The notes below the pieces were generated by a model. The model did no database searches, had not been told where the DNA came from, and saw only the letters and a list, made by a program, of their open reading frames with translations. From assembly GCA_965237955.1 (NCBI GenBank), contig OZ250169.1:7264001-7328000 (forward strand): DNA of 64,000 bases. The letters are read 5' to 3'. This DNA is from Candidatus Marinacidobacterales bacterium. GTDB taxonomy: Bacteria; Acidobacteriota; Vicinamibacteria; Marinacidobacterales; SMYC01. The position numbers and the translations under genes are program-made. Shown here piece after piece: positions 1 to 8,833 of this stretch (positions within the stretch are counted from its first letter, which is position 1; the number at the start of each line of letters is the position of its first letter).

Positions 1-648
1 GAAGTATATAAGGGCTATGTGTCCGCGCTCGATCGGAGGAAGCGCGGTGAAAGTGGACAGACTGTCACGCGGAAGGAGACACGCGTCATTGACGTCAAGC
101 CAGCGACAAAAGAAGAATGGTATTGCGCTAGCTGCGATGCTAGATGGAGAGTACCGAGCGGTCAGACGCCGAAGGTTTGTATGGACGTAGCCGTCAATCG
201 CAAGGGGCAGCCGCAAAAGTCTGAAGGCTGCGGCAGTGCGAACATTCACAGATCAAAGCACGAATCGCGGACCGGCGGTGCAGAGTTCGGGGCTATCGTT
301 CCCGGGAAGTACGCAACGATTAGCGGCAAGCAGATCAAGGTGAAGGTAGACTACGAGATGGGCGAGGATGATGATGAGTTTAGCGTTGACGAAAGAGAGA
401 TTGTCATAAATGGTAACCACCGTGCGTATCGTTTAGCAGAATACCTTGATCAAGTGAGCGGAAAGAAATACGAAATTGGAGATGACGTCTTCGTACCGGC
501 ACTCACAATTCACATCACCAAGAACGTATGCTTGGCATGGGCGGAGTTGCATTTCCACACAACAAAGGAGTGGAGTGAGTTTCGCAACCGCTACGAGAGC
601 CTTCAAGCAGAAATCTGCGGATCCGTTTTGACGAAGCTCGCTCTCTAG
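1..648 (+). CDS. 3' part of a protein running in from the window edge; Zn-ribbon (CxxC...C..CGS) plus 'IVINxNHxxY' motif, possibly the C-terminus of a GHKL/MORC-like ATPase
   Basis: Frame is open from base 1 (EVYKGYVSALD...); WYCASC...VC...GCGS; REIVINGNHRAYRLA; lower GC than flanks. Family call is motif recollection only. Confidence 0.35.
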   Translation, partial: EVYKGYVSALDRRKRGESGQTVTRKETRVIDVKPATKEEWYCASCDARWRVPSGQTPKVCMDVAVNRKGQPQKSEGCGSANIHRSKHESRTGGAEFGAIVPGKYATISGKQIKVKVDYEMGEDDDEFSVDEREIVINGNHRAYRLAEYLDQVSGKKYEIGDDVFVPALTIHITKNVCLAWAELHFHTTKEWSEFRNRYESLQAEICGSVLTKLAL

Positions 649-847
649 GATCCAGCTCGCCTCCATTTCGATAAACGGAACGAGCGTCAATCGGCGGCGG
701 TCCGGCTCGTCAAGACCTCCCGCAATCACGATGCTTTAAGAGATTGCCACTAGCCGTCCACAGAAATCGCCGTTTTAAAAAGGCTCCGCAGGGGGTGGGG
801 CTGCACTTTGTGGACCCGGAAATTACCCGGCGTAGCTTGAGAATCGA

Positions 848-1934
848 TGCCTTGGTGCACAACTCCGATAGAGGCCGAGAGCTCGCTTGGCCCCAACTCC
901 CATCATCCGATCATCTCGCTATCAGGCATCCCGAGCGCCGTCATCGTGTTGAGAATCTTGCACCCGATCCTTGCCTCGACTCTCTGTGCCGCCAACCCTC
1001 TCGCTCGCATCGCTGAGCCCACGATAGCCTTGTAGCGATGGAACGTTGTCTCGACTTTGCTCCGTTTGCTGTAGCCCGATTCTGTGTGCCACTTTCGTTT
1101 GCCGAGCCGAGCTTGTGCTGCAATGTTGCGATTGCGCTGTCGGCTGCTCGCCGGCCCCGATGCGAGCTGGGCGCCCTTGCGCGGCGGTATCAGCACCCTC
1201 GGCGAGCAATGAGCGCTGTGATTCTCGATTGCCTCATAGACGCCGCCGGCGTCGTATGCGGTGTCAGCTCTGGCCGATGAGATGGGACTGTCGATCTGTC
1301 CGACAAGCGATGCAACCCGCGATGAATCGCGGGCTCTTTTGCTCGTCAGCTCGCCGGCGACGACTTCGCCACTCTGCTCGTCGACACACAGATGGAGCTT
1401 GCGATAGTCCCTGCTCTTTGGTGCTCTGCGCAGCTGGCCGGCGTGGACAGCGAGACCGCTGCTGTCGATCAAGATGTGCAACGGCGTCTTCTGCTTGTCT
1501 TGGTAGAAGGGGACCTTACCCAGCTTCGCCTTGCGCCTCGAGATCGTGGTGTGATCGGGCACATCATTGTCTAGCTTCATCAGAGCGAACAACGATCGCA
1601 GCAATCCCTCGCTCTGCCTAGATGACAGATGAAACACCATGCCCAGGGTGACAGCCGTCTCGATGGCGTGGTTCGAGTACTTGCGTTGACGGCCCGGTTT
1701 CCTCCTCCTCGGCCGGGGCGCGTCCCAGTTCACAAGCTTGCCGGCGGTGAGCGAGATCCAGACGGTCAGGCTCCCACGGTTGCGTAGACCCGCCTCATAT
1801 TCACGCCAATTCCTCACGCGATAGGCCTTCTTCACATACTTCCGCTGAGTGCGTTTGAAAATGCTCATGGGGAACCTCGAATCCGTGAGTAAAGGACAAT
1901 TGTGGACCGAGATCGCGAGTTGTGCACCAAGGCA
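848..1934 (-). mobile_element. IS5 family (IS903 group) insertion sequence, copy 1
   Basis: 18-bp terminal IRs TGCCTTGGTGCACAACTC at 848 and reverse complement ending 1934; near-identical copies at 17604-18690 and 46036-47122; no matching target duplication. Confidence 0.92.
903..1868 (-). CDS. IS5 family DDE transposase
   Basis: YRVRNWREYEAGLRNRGSLTVW, PDHTTISRR, IDSSG, ADTAYD, GYSKRSKVETTFHRYK motifs. Confidence 0.93.
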   Translation of the reverse strand: MSIFKRTQRKYVKKAYRVRNWREYEAGLRNRGSLTVWISLTAGKLVNWDAPRPRRRKPGRQRKYSNHAIETAVTLGMVFHLSSRQSEGLLRSLFALMKLDNDVPDHTTISRRKAKLGKVPFYQDKQKTPLHILIDSSGLAVHAGQLRRAPKSRDYRKLHLCVDEQSGEVVAGELTSKRARDSSRVASLVGQIDSPISSARADTAYDAGGVYEAIENHSAHCSPRVLIPPRKGAQLASGPASSRQRNRNIAAQARLGKRKWHTESGYSKRSKVETTFHRYKAIVGSAMRARGLAAQRVEARIGCKILNTMTALGMPDSEMIG

Positions 1935-2339
1935 CGCGAACGATGCATCCGCCGTGTCTTCGGCCGTCGCCGAAGAGCGGACCGCAAAGGAAAGCTCGGC
2001 GTCGAGCTCTCCGAACGCGTCAGCGATGGCGTCTCGCACCGCGTTGGGCAGCTCGGCGGTCTCGACAGCGGCACGAATCTCGCGACCGACCCGGGTGAGC
2101 GCGTGGACGTCGCGGACGTCGAGTTTCGCGAGCGCATCATGAACGCGCTCTTCGAGCCCGGCTTCCTTCATGAACAGATGGTAGGCCTCGGTGGTGGTGG
2201 CGAAGCCGCCGGGCACACGAACTCCGAGCTCGGTAAGGTGGTGGAGCATCTCACCGAGGGAGGCGTTCTTGCCACCGACGGACGCGACGTCGCCCATCCC
2301 CGTTTCACGCAGTGACTTGACGTAAGATGACGTTGACAT
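1935..2339 (-). pseudogene. ppsA: Phosphoenolpyruvate synthase, N-terminal ~135 aa only, cut by IS5
   Basis: GMGDVASVGGKNASLGEM, VPGGFATT, AVRSSATAEDTADASFA, then IS5 IR; divergent from ppsR. Confidence 0.9.
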
Positions 2340-3159
2340 GAGGACGATGTTTTACGTTTCCGATCGCACCGCGATTACCGCCGAGACCATCGGCCATAGC
2401 CTTCTGGCGCAGTTCGAGGGCAGCCCCGATTACAAGGAAGTTACCATACCGTATATCGACACTCCGGAAAAGGTGGCCGACGTCGTCGCGCACATCGACG
2501 CCGCGGCCGCGGCCGACGGAGAAATGCCACTCGTCTTCAGCACTCTCGCCGACCCCCAAACCCGCGCTCGCGTCATCGCGTCCCGAGGCCTCGTGCTCGA
2601 CCTGTTCCACGTCTTCATCGAGCGGCTCGCGGACGCGCTCTCGGCCGAGCCGGTCATCAAGCGGACGCGCTCGCACCGTATCAGCAACTTGTCGTCGTAT
2701 GAATCGCGCATCGGCGCCATCGACTACAGCCTACAGCACGACGACGGCGCGCGGACGAAGGACTACGACAAAGCTGACATTATTATGGTGGGCGTCTCCC
2801 GCTCCGGGAAAACCCCGACGTGCCTGTACCTCGCGATGCAGTTCGGGATCCGTGCTGCCAACTACCCCATCACCGAGGAAGACCTGCATACGTCCCAACT
2901 GCCCGATCCGATCGCACCCTATCGCGACCACGTGCACGGCTTGACGATCGACGCCAAGCGGCTAGCGAGCATCCGCGAGGAACGGCGCCCCGCAAGTCGT
3001 TACGCCTCAATCGAGCAGTGCCGCGCCGAGGTGCGCAAAGTAGAATCTCTCTTCAAGACCTTCCAGATCCCGTTCATCAACTCGACGAACACGTCGGTCG
3101 AAGAAATCTCGACGAGGGTCGTTCAAACAAGAGGCCTAGACCGCCACAGCGTCTTATAA
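2338..3159 (+). CDS. ppsR: PEP synthase regulatory protein (kinase/pyrophosphorylase, DUF299)
   Basis: FYVSDRTAITAET, AIDYSLQHDDG, GVSRSGKTPTCLYLA, STNTSVEEIST. Confidence 0.93.
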   Translation: MRTMFYVSDRTAITAETIGHSLLAQFEGSPDYKEVTIPYIDTPEKVADVVAHIDAAAAADGEMPLVFSTLADPQTRARVIASRGLVLDLFHVFIERLADALSAEPVIKRTRSHRISNLSSYESRIGAIDYSLQHDDGARTKDYDKADIIMVGVSRSGKTPTCLYLAMQFGIRAANYPITEEDLHTSQLPDPIAPYRDHVHGLTIDAKRLASIREERRPASRYASIEQCRAEVRKVESLFKTFQIPFINSTNTSVEEISTRVVQTRGLDRHSVL

Positions 3160-3258
3160 CCGCTCCCCCGAATGGGGGAGGCGCCGCCGAAGCCAAACAC
3201 GACTCTGAGCCTTCGAAGCCGATCTCCCCGCGTCGGTACCAACCCCGTTTCGGGACTC

Positions 3259-3696
3259 TTACGCAAGAATCTCTTCCAACTTTTGCGCGGCCCCGTGGCC
3301 GGTGTAGTACACGTCCTTCAGGCACCGATCGCGGCGATCTTTCGCGCGGATTCGATCCCCGAGACTGCGCTCGTCGTCCTCGGCGAACGCCTCGATCATC
3401 ATTGTGCGGGCCTCGCGGTAGGACTCCACGCACTGATAGAACGTTTCCACGGCGAAGTAGTGCTCGCTGGACAGAACTTGGGGCAGCCGTTGGTGGTGCG
3501 CTTCGTAGTGGCGTGCGCGATTCGGCTCACCATCGGACGGACTCTTCGGGTCCGCCGAATCCATCAGAGCTCGAATCTCTGGAAGGAGCTTTCTGGCGAC
3601 GTCGCGCGCTCGCCCGAGCCGCACCGCGCGGCGACGACTTCGCGCAAGCCAGCCTGCGCCCCCCAGTGCGAGCGCGGCGACAATTACCCAGATCAT
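3259..3696 (-). CDS. Hypothetical protein with N-terminal membrane anchor
   Basis: MIWVIVAALALGGAGWL hydrophobic N-terminus; ATGA overlap with upstream DedA gene. Confidence 0.65.
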   Translation of the reverse strand: MIWVIVAALALGGAGWLARSRRRAVRLGRARDVARKLLPEIRALMDSADPKSPSDGEPNRARHYEAHHQRLPQVLSSEHYFAVETFYQCVESYREARTMMIEAFAEDDERSLGDRIRAKDRRDRCLKDVYYTGHGAAQKLEEILA

Positions 3697-4274
3697 GATT
3701 GCGCCGGCGCGCTACCGCTCGCGAGACGCCGACCGACGAGGAACACCACCACCGTCGCTGAGAGAGCGATCCCGATTGTCAGATAGTTCTCTTGAAGCGC
3801 GGCCATGGCGCGGTCGCCCAGACGAACCGCAAGGTAGGCCTCCCCGAGATAGCGAACGACCCGCCCGAAAAACACCGCGGCGACGAAACGTCGCCAGTCC
3901 ATCCGCACCACGCCCGCCACGAGGATGAAAAGCTTCGTCGGAAACGGTGGTGGACCGAGCATGGCCACGGTCACGGCGAGGATATCGTTGCGGCGGACTT
4001 TCTCCGTCACCCACTGTTGTTTTTCCTTCGGAAAGCGCGCGAGCATCGTGTCGCCCCCGACCCGGGCGATGCGGTACAACACCCAGCAGCCAGCGGTCGA
4101 ACCGACGGCGGCGACGAGCGCGACGAGGATGGGGAGCGACGGCCGCTGCCACGACAACAGCATGACGACGAGGTCGACTCCGCCCGGAAGTGGTACGCCT
4201 GCCGAATCGAGAAAGGCAATCGCGAAAAGCCCCGGCAGACCGAAGGCGAGAAGATATTCTTTGAGAGAGTCCAC
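3693..4274 (-). CDS. DedA/VTT (YqaA-like) membrane protein
   Basis: GLFAIAFLDSAGVPLPGGVD, PPPFPTKLFILVAG, GRVVRY; GTG start at 4274 chosen because the ORF-track extension is amidase remnant. Confidence 0.85.
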   Translation of the reverse strand: MDSLKEYLLAFGLPGLFAIAFLDSAGVPLPGGVDLVVMLLSWQRPSLPILVALVAAVGSTAGCWVLYRIARVGGDTMLARFPKEKQQWVTEKVRRNDILAVTVAMLGPPPFPTKLFILVAGVVRMDWRRFVAAVFFGRVVRYLGEAYLAVRLGDRAMAALQENYLTIGIALSATVVVFLVGRRLASGSAPAQS

Positions 4275-4399
4275 GGTTAGAATCGCGACTACCCTATCAT
4301 CTCCGCGCAAGCCTGGGCTTGCATCAGGCTCACAGGCTCCCTGCAGGAGGCGGCCGCGAGGGCTGCAGATGTGTTTTTCAGCCCTGCTAGCGTCTCGGC

Positions 4400-4850
4400 G
4401 AACCCCGGCTTCGCCCGCGCCTGGATCGCTTATCGGGAGCCCGTGCACCCACCCGGCCGGAACGGTCACGTTGGGATAGCCGGCCACCGTGGCGGGCTCG
4501 AAGTCTCCCGCCGTTCGCGATCGAGCTCGTCGGCCAGCGTGAGGGCGTGCTCGTTCGTTTCGAGTATCGAACGCAGCTCGGGACCGCTACGGTCGAGCGC
4601 ATCGATACGATCGAGGTCCAGCTCGACGATGGAGCGTGCCGTGTAACGACCCGCTTCCATCCCCTCCTGAAGCTCCCCCATCGTCTTTTCGTCCAAACTC
4701 GAAGTCCGAATCGAAACCCGATCCGCCGTGCGGGGCGCGGGTCGACCTCCCCGTCTTGTCGTCGCCACATGTGGATGCGCCCGCGAACGCCGCCCCCGCT
4801 GCCAGTCTGCGGCCCATAAATGCCCTTCGGTCAATGTCTTGCTCGGTCAT
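4400..4850 (-). pseudogene. Tat-exported amidase remnant with frameshifts and large internal deletion
   Basis: MTEQDIDRRAF (Tat), then ELQEGMEAGRYTARSIVE..RIDALDRSGPELRSILETN..ADELDRER (amidase N-term) joined directly to AGYPNVTVPAGWVHGLP (amidase C-term) in different frames. Confidence 0.8.
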
Positions 4851-4993
4851 GCTGAGATCTCCCGGAAACGTCCTCATATTAGAACAATGCTCCCCTTGAG
4901 GGTTTACAAGGTGCGGGTTTGTGGGTACACTTGCGGCCCGGTTGCAGCCCGTTGGCCCGCACCGAGCTATTAAAAAGGGAGTTGTAGGCTCTA

Positions 4994-5120
4994 GTCCCCT
5001 GTATCAGAACAAACTAGATAAAGCAGAGCTTGCCGAAACCCTTCTAAGTGCATGAATCTTATGAATCTTATGGGCTGGCGAAAAGCCTAACTTTGTATAG
5101 TAATCAAAGATCCAGTGGAC
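4994..5120 (+). mobile_element. 127-bp MITE-like, internally deleted IS630 relative
   Basis: CTAG-flanked (TA duplication 4992-4993 and 5121-5122); ends GTCCCCTGTATC / GATCCAGTGGAC align with the ends of the IS630 at 19409-20591. Confidence 0.8.
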
Positions 5121-5245
5121 TAGGACAAATTTTTCGTGTGGGTGTAGACACAGATCCAGCGGCACTCGATGCGCTCCTGCCGCGCCAGTGCATCGACAGA
5201 TTCGACGTCAACCCGCCCGCCATCACGACAAAATAGGAGTTGACT

Positions 5246-6862
5246 ATGTCACTGTGGCAGCGTTCTCTGCTCTTCCGGTCCCTGAAACCACGGAAGATAT
5301 TGGGGTTAGCCCTGGTCTTCGTCGTACTCATGACAGCGGCGCTCGGCTCGACGGCGTTCGGGCAAGAGTACACCGACATCCGCAGGCTCGGCACGAGCAA
5401 TGCGGTCTTCAAGCCGGGACCGCAGACCCGAGCAGACCTTCAGCGCGTATTCCGCGACCATCGGGCCGACTACGAGAAAGTCTTGCGCGACACCAATTGG
5501 CCCGGCGATCCCGATGATCTGTTCAGCGCAGTGGAAAACGGAGATTTTAGTGAAGCGCAGTACCCCGTAGGCCACACGTTCGAGTGGATGGCAGTACGCA
5601 AGCGCGGTGTCGTCCAGGCGACAGGACGCATCCGATGGGCGGGACGTGACCCGTTCGAGGCGTTCGAGATTCGCTTCGAGTCGAATGGTCGGGAGCACCG
5701 ATTTCTCGTTCCCAAAGCGTGCGGCAACTTGTCGCTCATTCAGATGCGTGACGCCGGCCCGCCGCCGTTGACCGCGGTACCTCGAGTGAACGTGCAAAGC
5801 CCCAACCAGTGCACGGGCACCAATGTCACCGTGGACGTCACCATACCGGGTATGCCCGATGGGGCGAGCCTCGAGCTCACGCTCACGCGGCCGAGCGGCC
5901 AGCGCGAGACCATCACCCCGTCTCGCGCCGGCGGCGGGTATCGCTGGGAAGGCCAGCTCGACGACGCGGGAGCCTACACGTTCAGCGCAACCGTGACCCG
6001 CGGTTCGGAGCGAACGCAAACGGTCACCGAGCGGCTCAACCTGCAGCCGTGCGAGCCGACGTGCAACCTCCAGCTCACGCGCCCGCCGGTCGACCCGGCC
6101 CCGAGGGCCGGACGGGCGACGCTCGGCATCGACATGTGCTCGAGCGCTGCACGCGCGGGGAGCCTGACGAGTAAGAAGGTCAGCATCTACCACACGCCCA
6201 TCGATGGCGCGGAGCTGCTGCTCGAGACCCTATCGCTGGACGCGGAGTGCAGCGCCAACTACGTGATGCCCGAGTACGGCGGCTATCGCCTCGAAGGTAC
6301 GGTCGTCGACGACCGCAGCATGCAATCGCCGTGTCAAGAGAGCTACACGTTGCTGAAGCCGGAGGGTCTGTACGGGCCGTACTTCACGATTTTCGGTGGC
6401 AACGAGCGGCGTTGGCGCCCGGGTATCGAAGCCGCCCCGACTGCCGCGACCGCATTCACTAAGGGCGATCTTGCCCGAGGGGAGGATAGCTTCCAGTTCG
6501 ATCGCTCGGCGCCACTGTTTGGTGGCACGTTCGGTTACATGTGGCCCATCGCGAACGGAGGGGCCGGCGTCTTCGCTCAGGGTGGTGGCGCGATCAACTC
6601 TCGGGATAGCGACAACAGCTCGATCTTCGCCGATGTGGGTATCGACAAGATGTTCGAAAGCGGCTTTTTCGGTGGCGGTATCGGCATCTGGGATCTCAAC
6701 CACAGCGATACGCGCGACGGCACGATTTTTGTGCACGGCGGCTGGAACCTCAACGAGAAGATGCAGTTCTATCTCGAAGGCCGCCTGTTCATGGACATGC
6801 TCAGCATGATCGACAACAACTACGTGTACATGGGCGGGATACGCTACTTCCTCAAGAACTGA
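5246..6862 (+). CDS. Secreted or outer-membrane protein: signal peptide, unknown N-domain, Cys-paired Ig/PKD-like repeats, C-terminal beta-barrel-like domain
   Basis: AGGAG RBS; signal peptide ending AFGQ; alternating aromatic/Gly strands at C-terminus ending GGIRYFLKN. Confidence 0.7.
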   Translation: MSLWQRSLLFRSLKPRKILGLALVFVVLMTAALGSTAFGQEYTDIRRLGTSNAVFKPGPQTRADLQRVFRDHRADYEKVLRDTNWPGDPDDLFSAVENGDFSEAQYPVGHTFEWMAVRKRGVVQATGRIRWAGRDPFEAFEIRFESNGREHRFLVPKACGNLSLIQMRDAGPPPLTAVPRVNVQSPNQCTGTNVTVDVTIPGMPDGASLELTLTRPSGQRETITPSRAGGGYRWEGQLDDAGAYTFSATVTRGSERTQTVTERLNLQPCEPTCNLQLTRPPVDPAPRAGRATLGIDMCSSAARAGSLTSKKVSIYHTPIDGAELLLETLSLDAECSANYVMPEYGGYRLEGTVVDDRSMQSPCQESYTLLKPEGLYGPYFTIFGGNERRWRPGIEAAPTAATAFTKGDLARGEDSFQFDRSAPLFGGTFGYMWPIANGGAGVFAQGGGAINSRDSDNSSIFADVGIDKMFESGFFGGGIGIWDLNHSDTRDGTIFVHGGWNLNEKMQFYLEGRLFMDMLSMIDNNYVYMGGIRYFLKN

Positions 6863-6880
6863 TTCTGGAGGCGGCAACAG

Positions 6881-6912
6881 AAAGGGAGGGTCCAAGGGAC
6901 CCTCCTTTTTTT
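6881..6912 (+). terminator. Rho-independent terminator
   Basis: GGAGGGTCC-AAG-GGACCCTCC stem followed by T7, about 20 nt after the stop codon. Confidence 0.85.
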
Positions 6913-6922
6913 CGGCCGGTGC

Positions 6923-6952
6923 GCCGTCGGCCGTCAGCCATCAGCCATCAGC
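6923..6952. repeat. Heptamer tandem repeat (GCCRTCR)x4
   Basis: gccgtcg gccgtca gccatca gccatca gc. Confidence 0.6.
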
Positions 6953-6972
6953 TCGCTGACTCTTACCTTTTT

Positions 6973-8691
6973 GCCTCTCCTGCCATTTCAGTGGATCCTC
7001 TCGAGGGTGAGACCGCCACAGTTTAGGTAGACGAGACTGATGAGAGCTTCGGCAGAGTGGAGTCCAAAGCTGCGGTGGCTCAGCAGCCGGATTTTGTTGT
7101 TCATTCCTTCGAGTCGGCCGTTGCTGAGTCTCCACGTGACCCACGCGATGACGCCATCGAAGTGGCTGCGGATCATCTTCGCCGCGCGTTTGACGGGCTC
7201 TATCCTCGAGCTCATAGCGCGCCGCAGCCATCCTCGGAGAAACTTCTTGGCCCATGTCTCGGTTTTGTAGGTGTAGAGGTCCATGAAGTCGTCGCGCAGA
7301 AGCATGGCGCGGTAGAGGCGACGATTAGCTCGCACCTGCTCGCGGAGCACCCGTTTGTCTTTCGCGCTGCGGTTGTGTTTGGCCTTGAGAAGGGGAAACT
7401 TGGTGTTCTTGAGGTTGCGCCGGGCAGTCCCTTTGAGCTCGCGCACCAGCTCGCGCCGGGTCTTATCCACGGCCTCGTTCAGATGCTTGACGATGTGGAA
7501 GCGGTCAAAGATCACCCGTGCCTGAGGAGCCTTTTTGCCGACGACAGTTATGTACGGCTCCCACATGTCCATGCTGACCGCTTCGAGCTCCGCGGCTCTT
7601 TGTGGTCCGAGCTTGCGGAAAAACCGCAGCAGCGTCTTGGCCTTGCGCTCCTTTCCCGCCCAGACGACCCGGCCGCTGAGATGGTCTATTACCACTGTTA
7701 AGTACTTGTGGCGTTTGCGGTAGCTGATCTCGTCCATCCCAATCACCCGCAATCCATCGAGCTCGCGCCGCTCATCCCGCTGCTCGGCAACCACTCGCTG
7801 GATGATCCGTCGCACCGAACGCCACGTCACTCGGAAATAGTTCGCTACGGCGCTGACGTCCGTCCTCTGTGCCAGCCACGCTACCTCTTGTTCGAAGCTT
7901 TTGGTAAAGCGGCTTCCCTTGTCTGCCCAAGGCACCTTTTCTCTGACCACTCCACACCGCCGACATACCACTCGTCGGATCGAGTAGCGAAGATAGGTCC
8001 GGACTCCGAACAGGTCCAAGTGCCGCCAGTAGCGATTGTAGCGATCTTTGTTCTTGCGGACCTTTCGTCCGCAAATCCCGCACAGAGGCTTCCTCCTCCG
8101 TGGTACTACATCCACCACCACTCTGTCTTTGTCCGCCTGGAAGTGGAAACCTCGGACCCACAGGCCTTGCAATCCGATGAGCTTGTTGACTAACGTAGTA
8201 ACGCGCATCGCGGGAACGCTCTTTTCTCTTTCGGGAAAAAAGATTCTAGCGTTCTCGCCGATGCGCATCTACACATGGCTTACCCTCTCAACCCACGGGC
8301 CTCACCAAATGCCACTGCCCCTCAGCGGGAGACGAGGCTGTGGGAAACGCCCCCACGGTTCTGGTCGTTCAGACCTTGCTCACGACTGAGTTCTCTTCGA
8401 AGCCTGGAAGGGCGTTTTCCATAGCCTCCACTAATCGAGCCCCCCCTTCCTTATTCCATATGAATTAATCTTTCTTGTATATATATCAGGAGGGGCCTGT
8501 GGGCGCTCGTGGGAAACGCGAAGCGTTTTCCAAGCGATTGTGGAAAACGCCGCTCCACGTTTGTACGTGCTCACAACCTTTCCCTAAACGCCTCTCTCGC
8601 CCGGAGTTTCCGGCGTTTTCCACAATCGCGGCAGCGTCCATAGGCCATGCCCTCCAACACAAATCAGATCCCCCGAAACGACAGGAGAACC
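6973..8691 (-). mobile_element. ISL3 family insertion sequence, copy 1
   Basis: Imperfect IRs (GCCTCTCCTGCCATTT / GGTTCTCCTGTCGTTT); 8-bp TSD ACCTTTTT at 6965-6972 and 8692-8699; second copy at 34005-35722. Confidence 0.93.
6988..8268 (-). CDS. ISL3 family transposase (alternative start 8208)
   Basis: CxxC zinc finger, EKVPWA, IGMDEISYRKRHKY, SMDMWEPY, FDRFH, SNGRLEGMNNKIR. Confidence 0.93.
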   Translation of the reverse strand: MRIGENARIFFPEREKSVPAMRVTTLVNKLIGLQGLWVRGFHFQADKDRVVVDVVPRRRKPLCGICGRKVRKNKDRYNRYWRHLDLFGVRTYLRYSIRRVVCRRCGVVREKVPWADKGSRFTKSFEQEVAWLAQRTDVSAVANYFRVTWRSVRRIIQRVVAEQRDERRELDGLRVIGMDEISYRKRHKYLTVVIDHLSGRVVWAGKERKAKTLLRFFRKLGPQRAAELEAVSMDMWEPYITVVGKKAPQARVIFDRFHIVKHLNEAVDKTRRELVRELKGTARRNLKNTKFPLLKAKHNRSAKDKRVLREQVRANRRLYRAMLLRDDFMDLYTYKTETWAKKFLRGWLRRAMSSRIEPVKRAAKMIRSHFDGVIAWVTWRLSNGRLEGMNNKIRLLSHRSFGLHSAEALISLVYLNCGGLTLERIH

Positions 8692-8833
8692 ACCTTTTTA
8701 TACATTCCAAGTTGTGGGGATTCTCCTACTGCCGCGCGCCTGGGTAGACACACTCGAGAAGAAAACTACTTGGCTTTCATAGGGATGCGGGGCTCGCCCC
8801 CCTAAGGGCCGGCGACAAAATAAGTTCCCGTTT

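Noticed and set aside
3161-3183. Hairpin CTCCCCC-GAAT-GGGGGAG after ppsR as a terminator
   Set aside because: The stem is real but there is no U-tract on either strand, so it cannot be called
8334-8646. Recurrent GGAAAACGC/GCGTTTTCC motifs as a CRISPR array or chromosomal oriC
   Set aside because: The repeats are inverted, not regularly spaced direct repeats; they lie inside a duplicated IS, with no cas or dnaA genes
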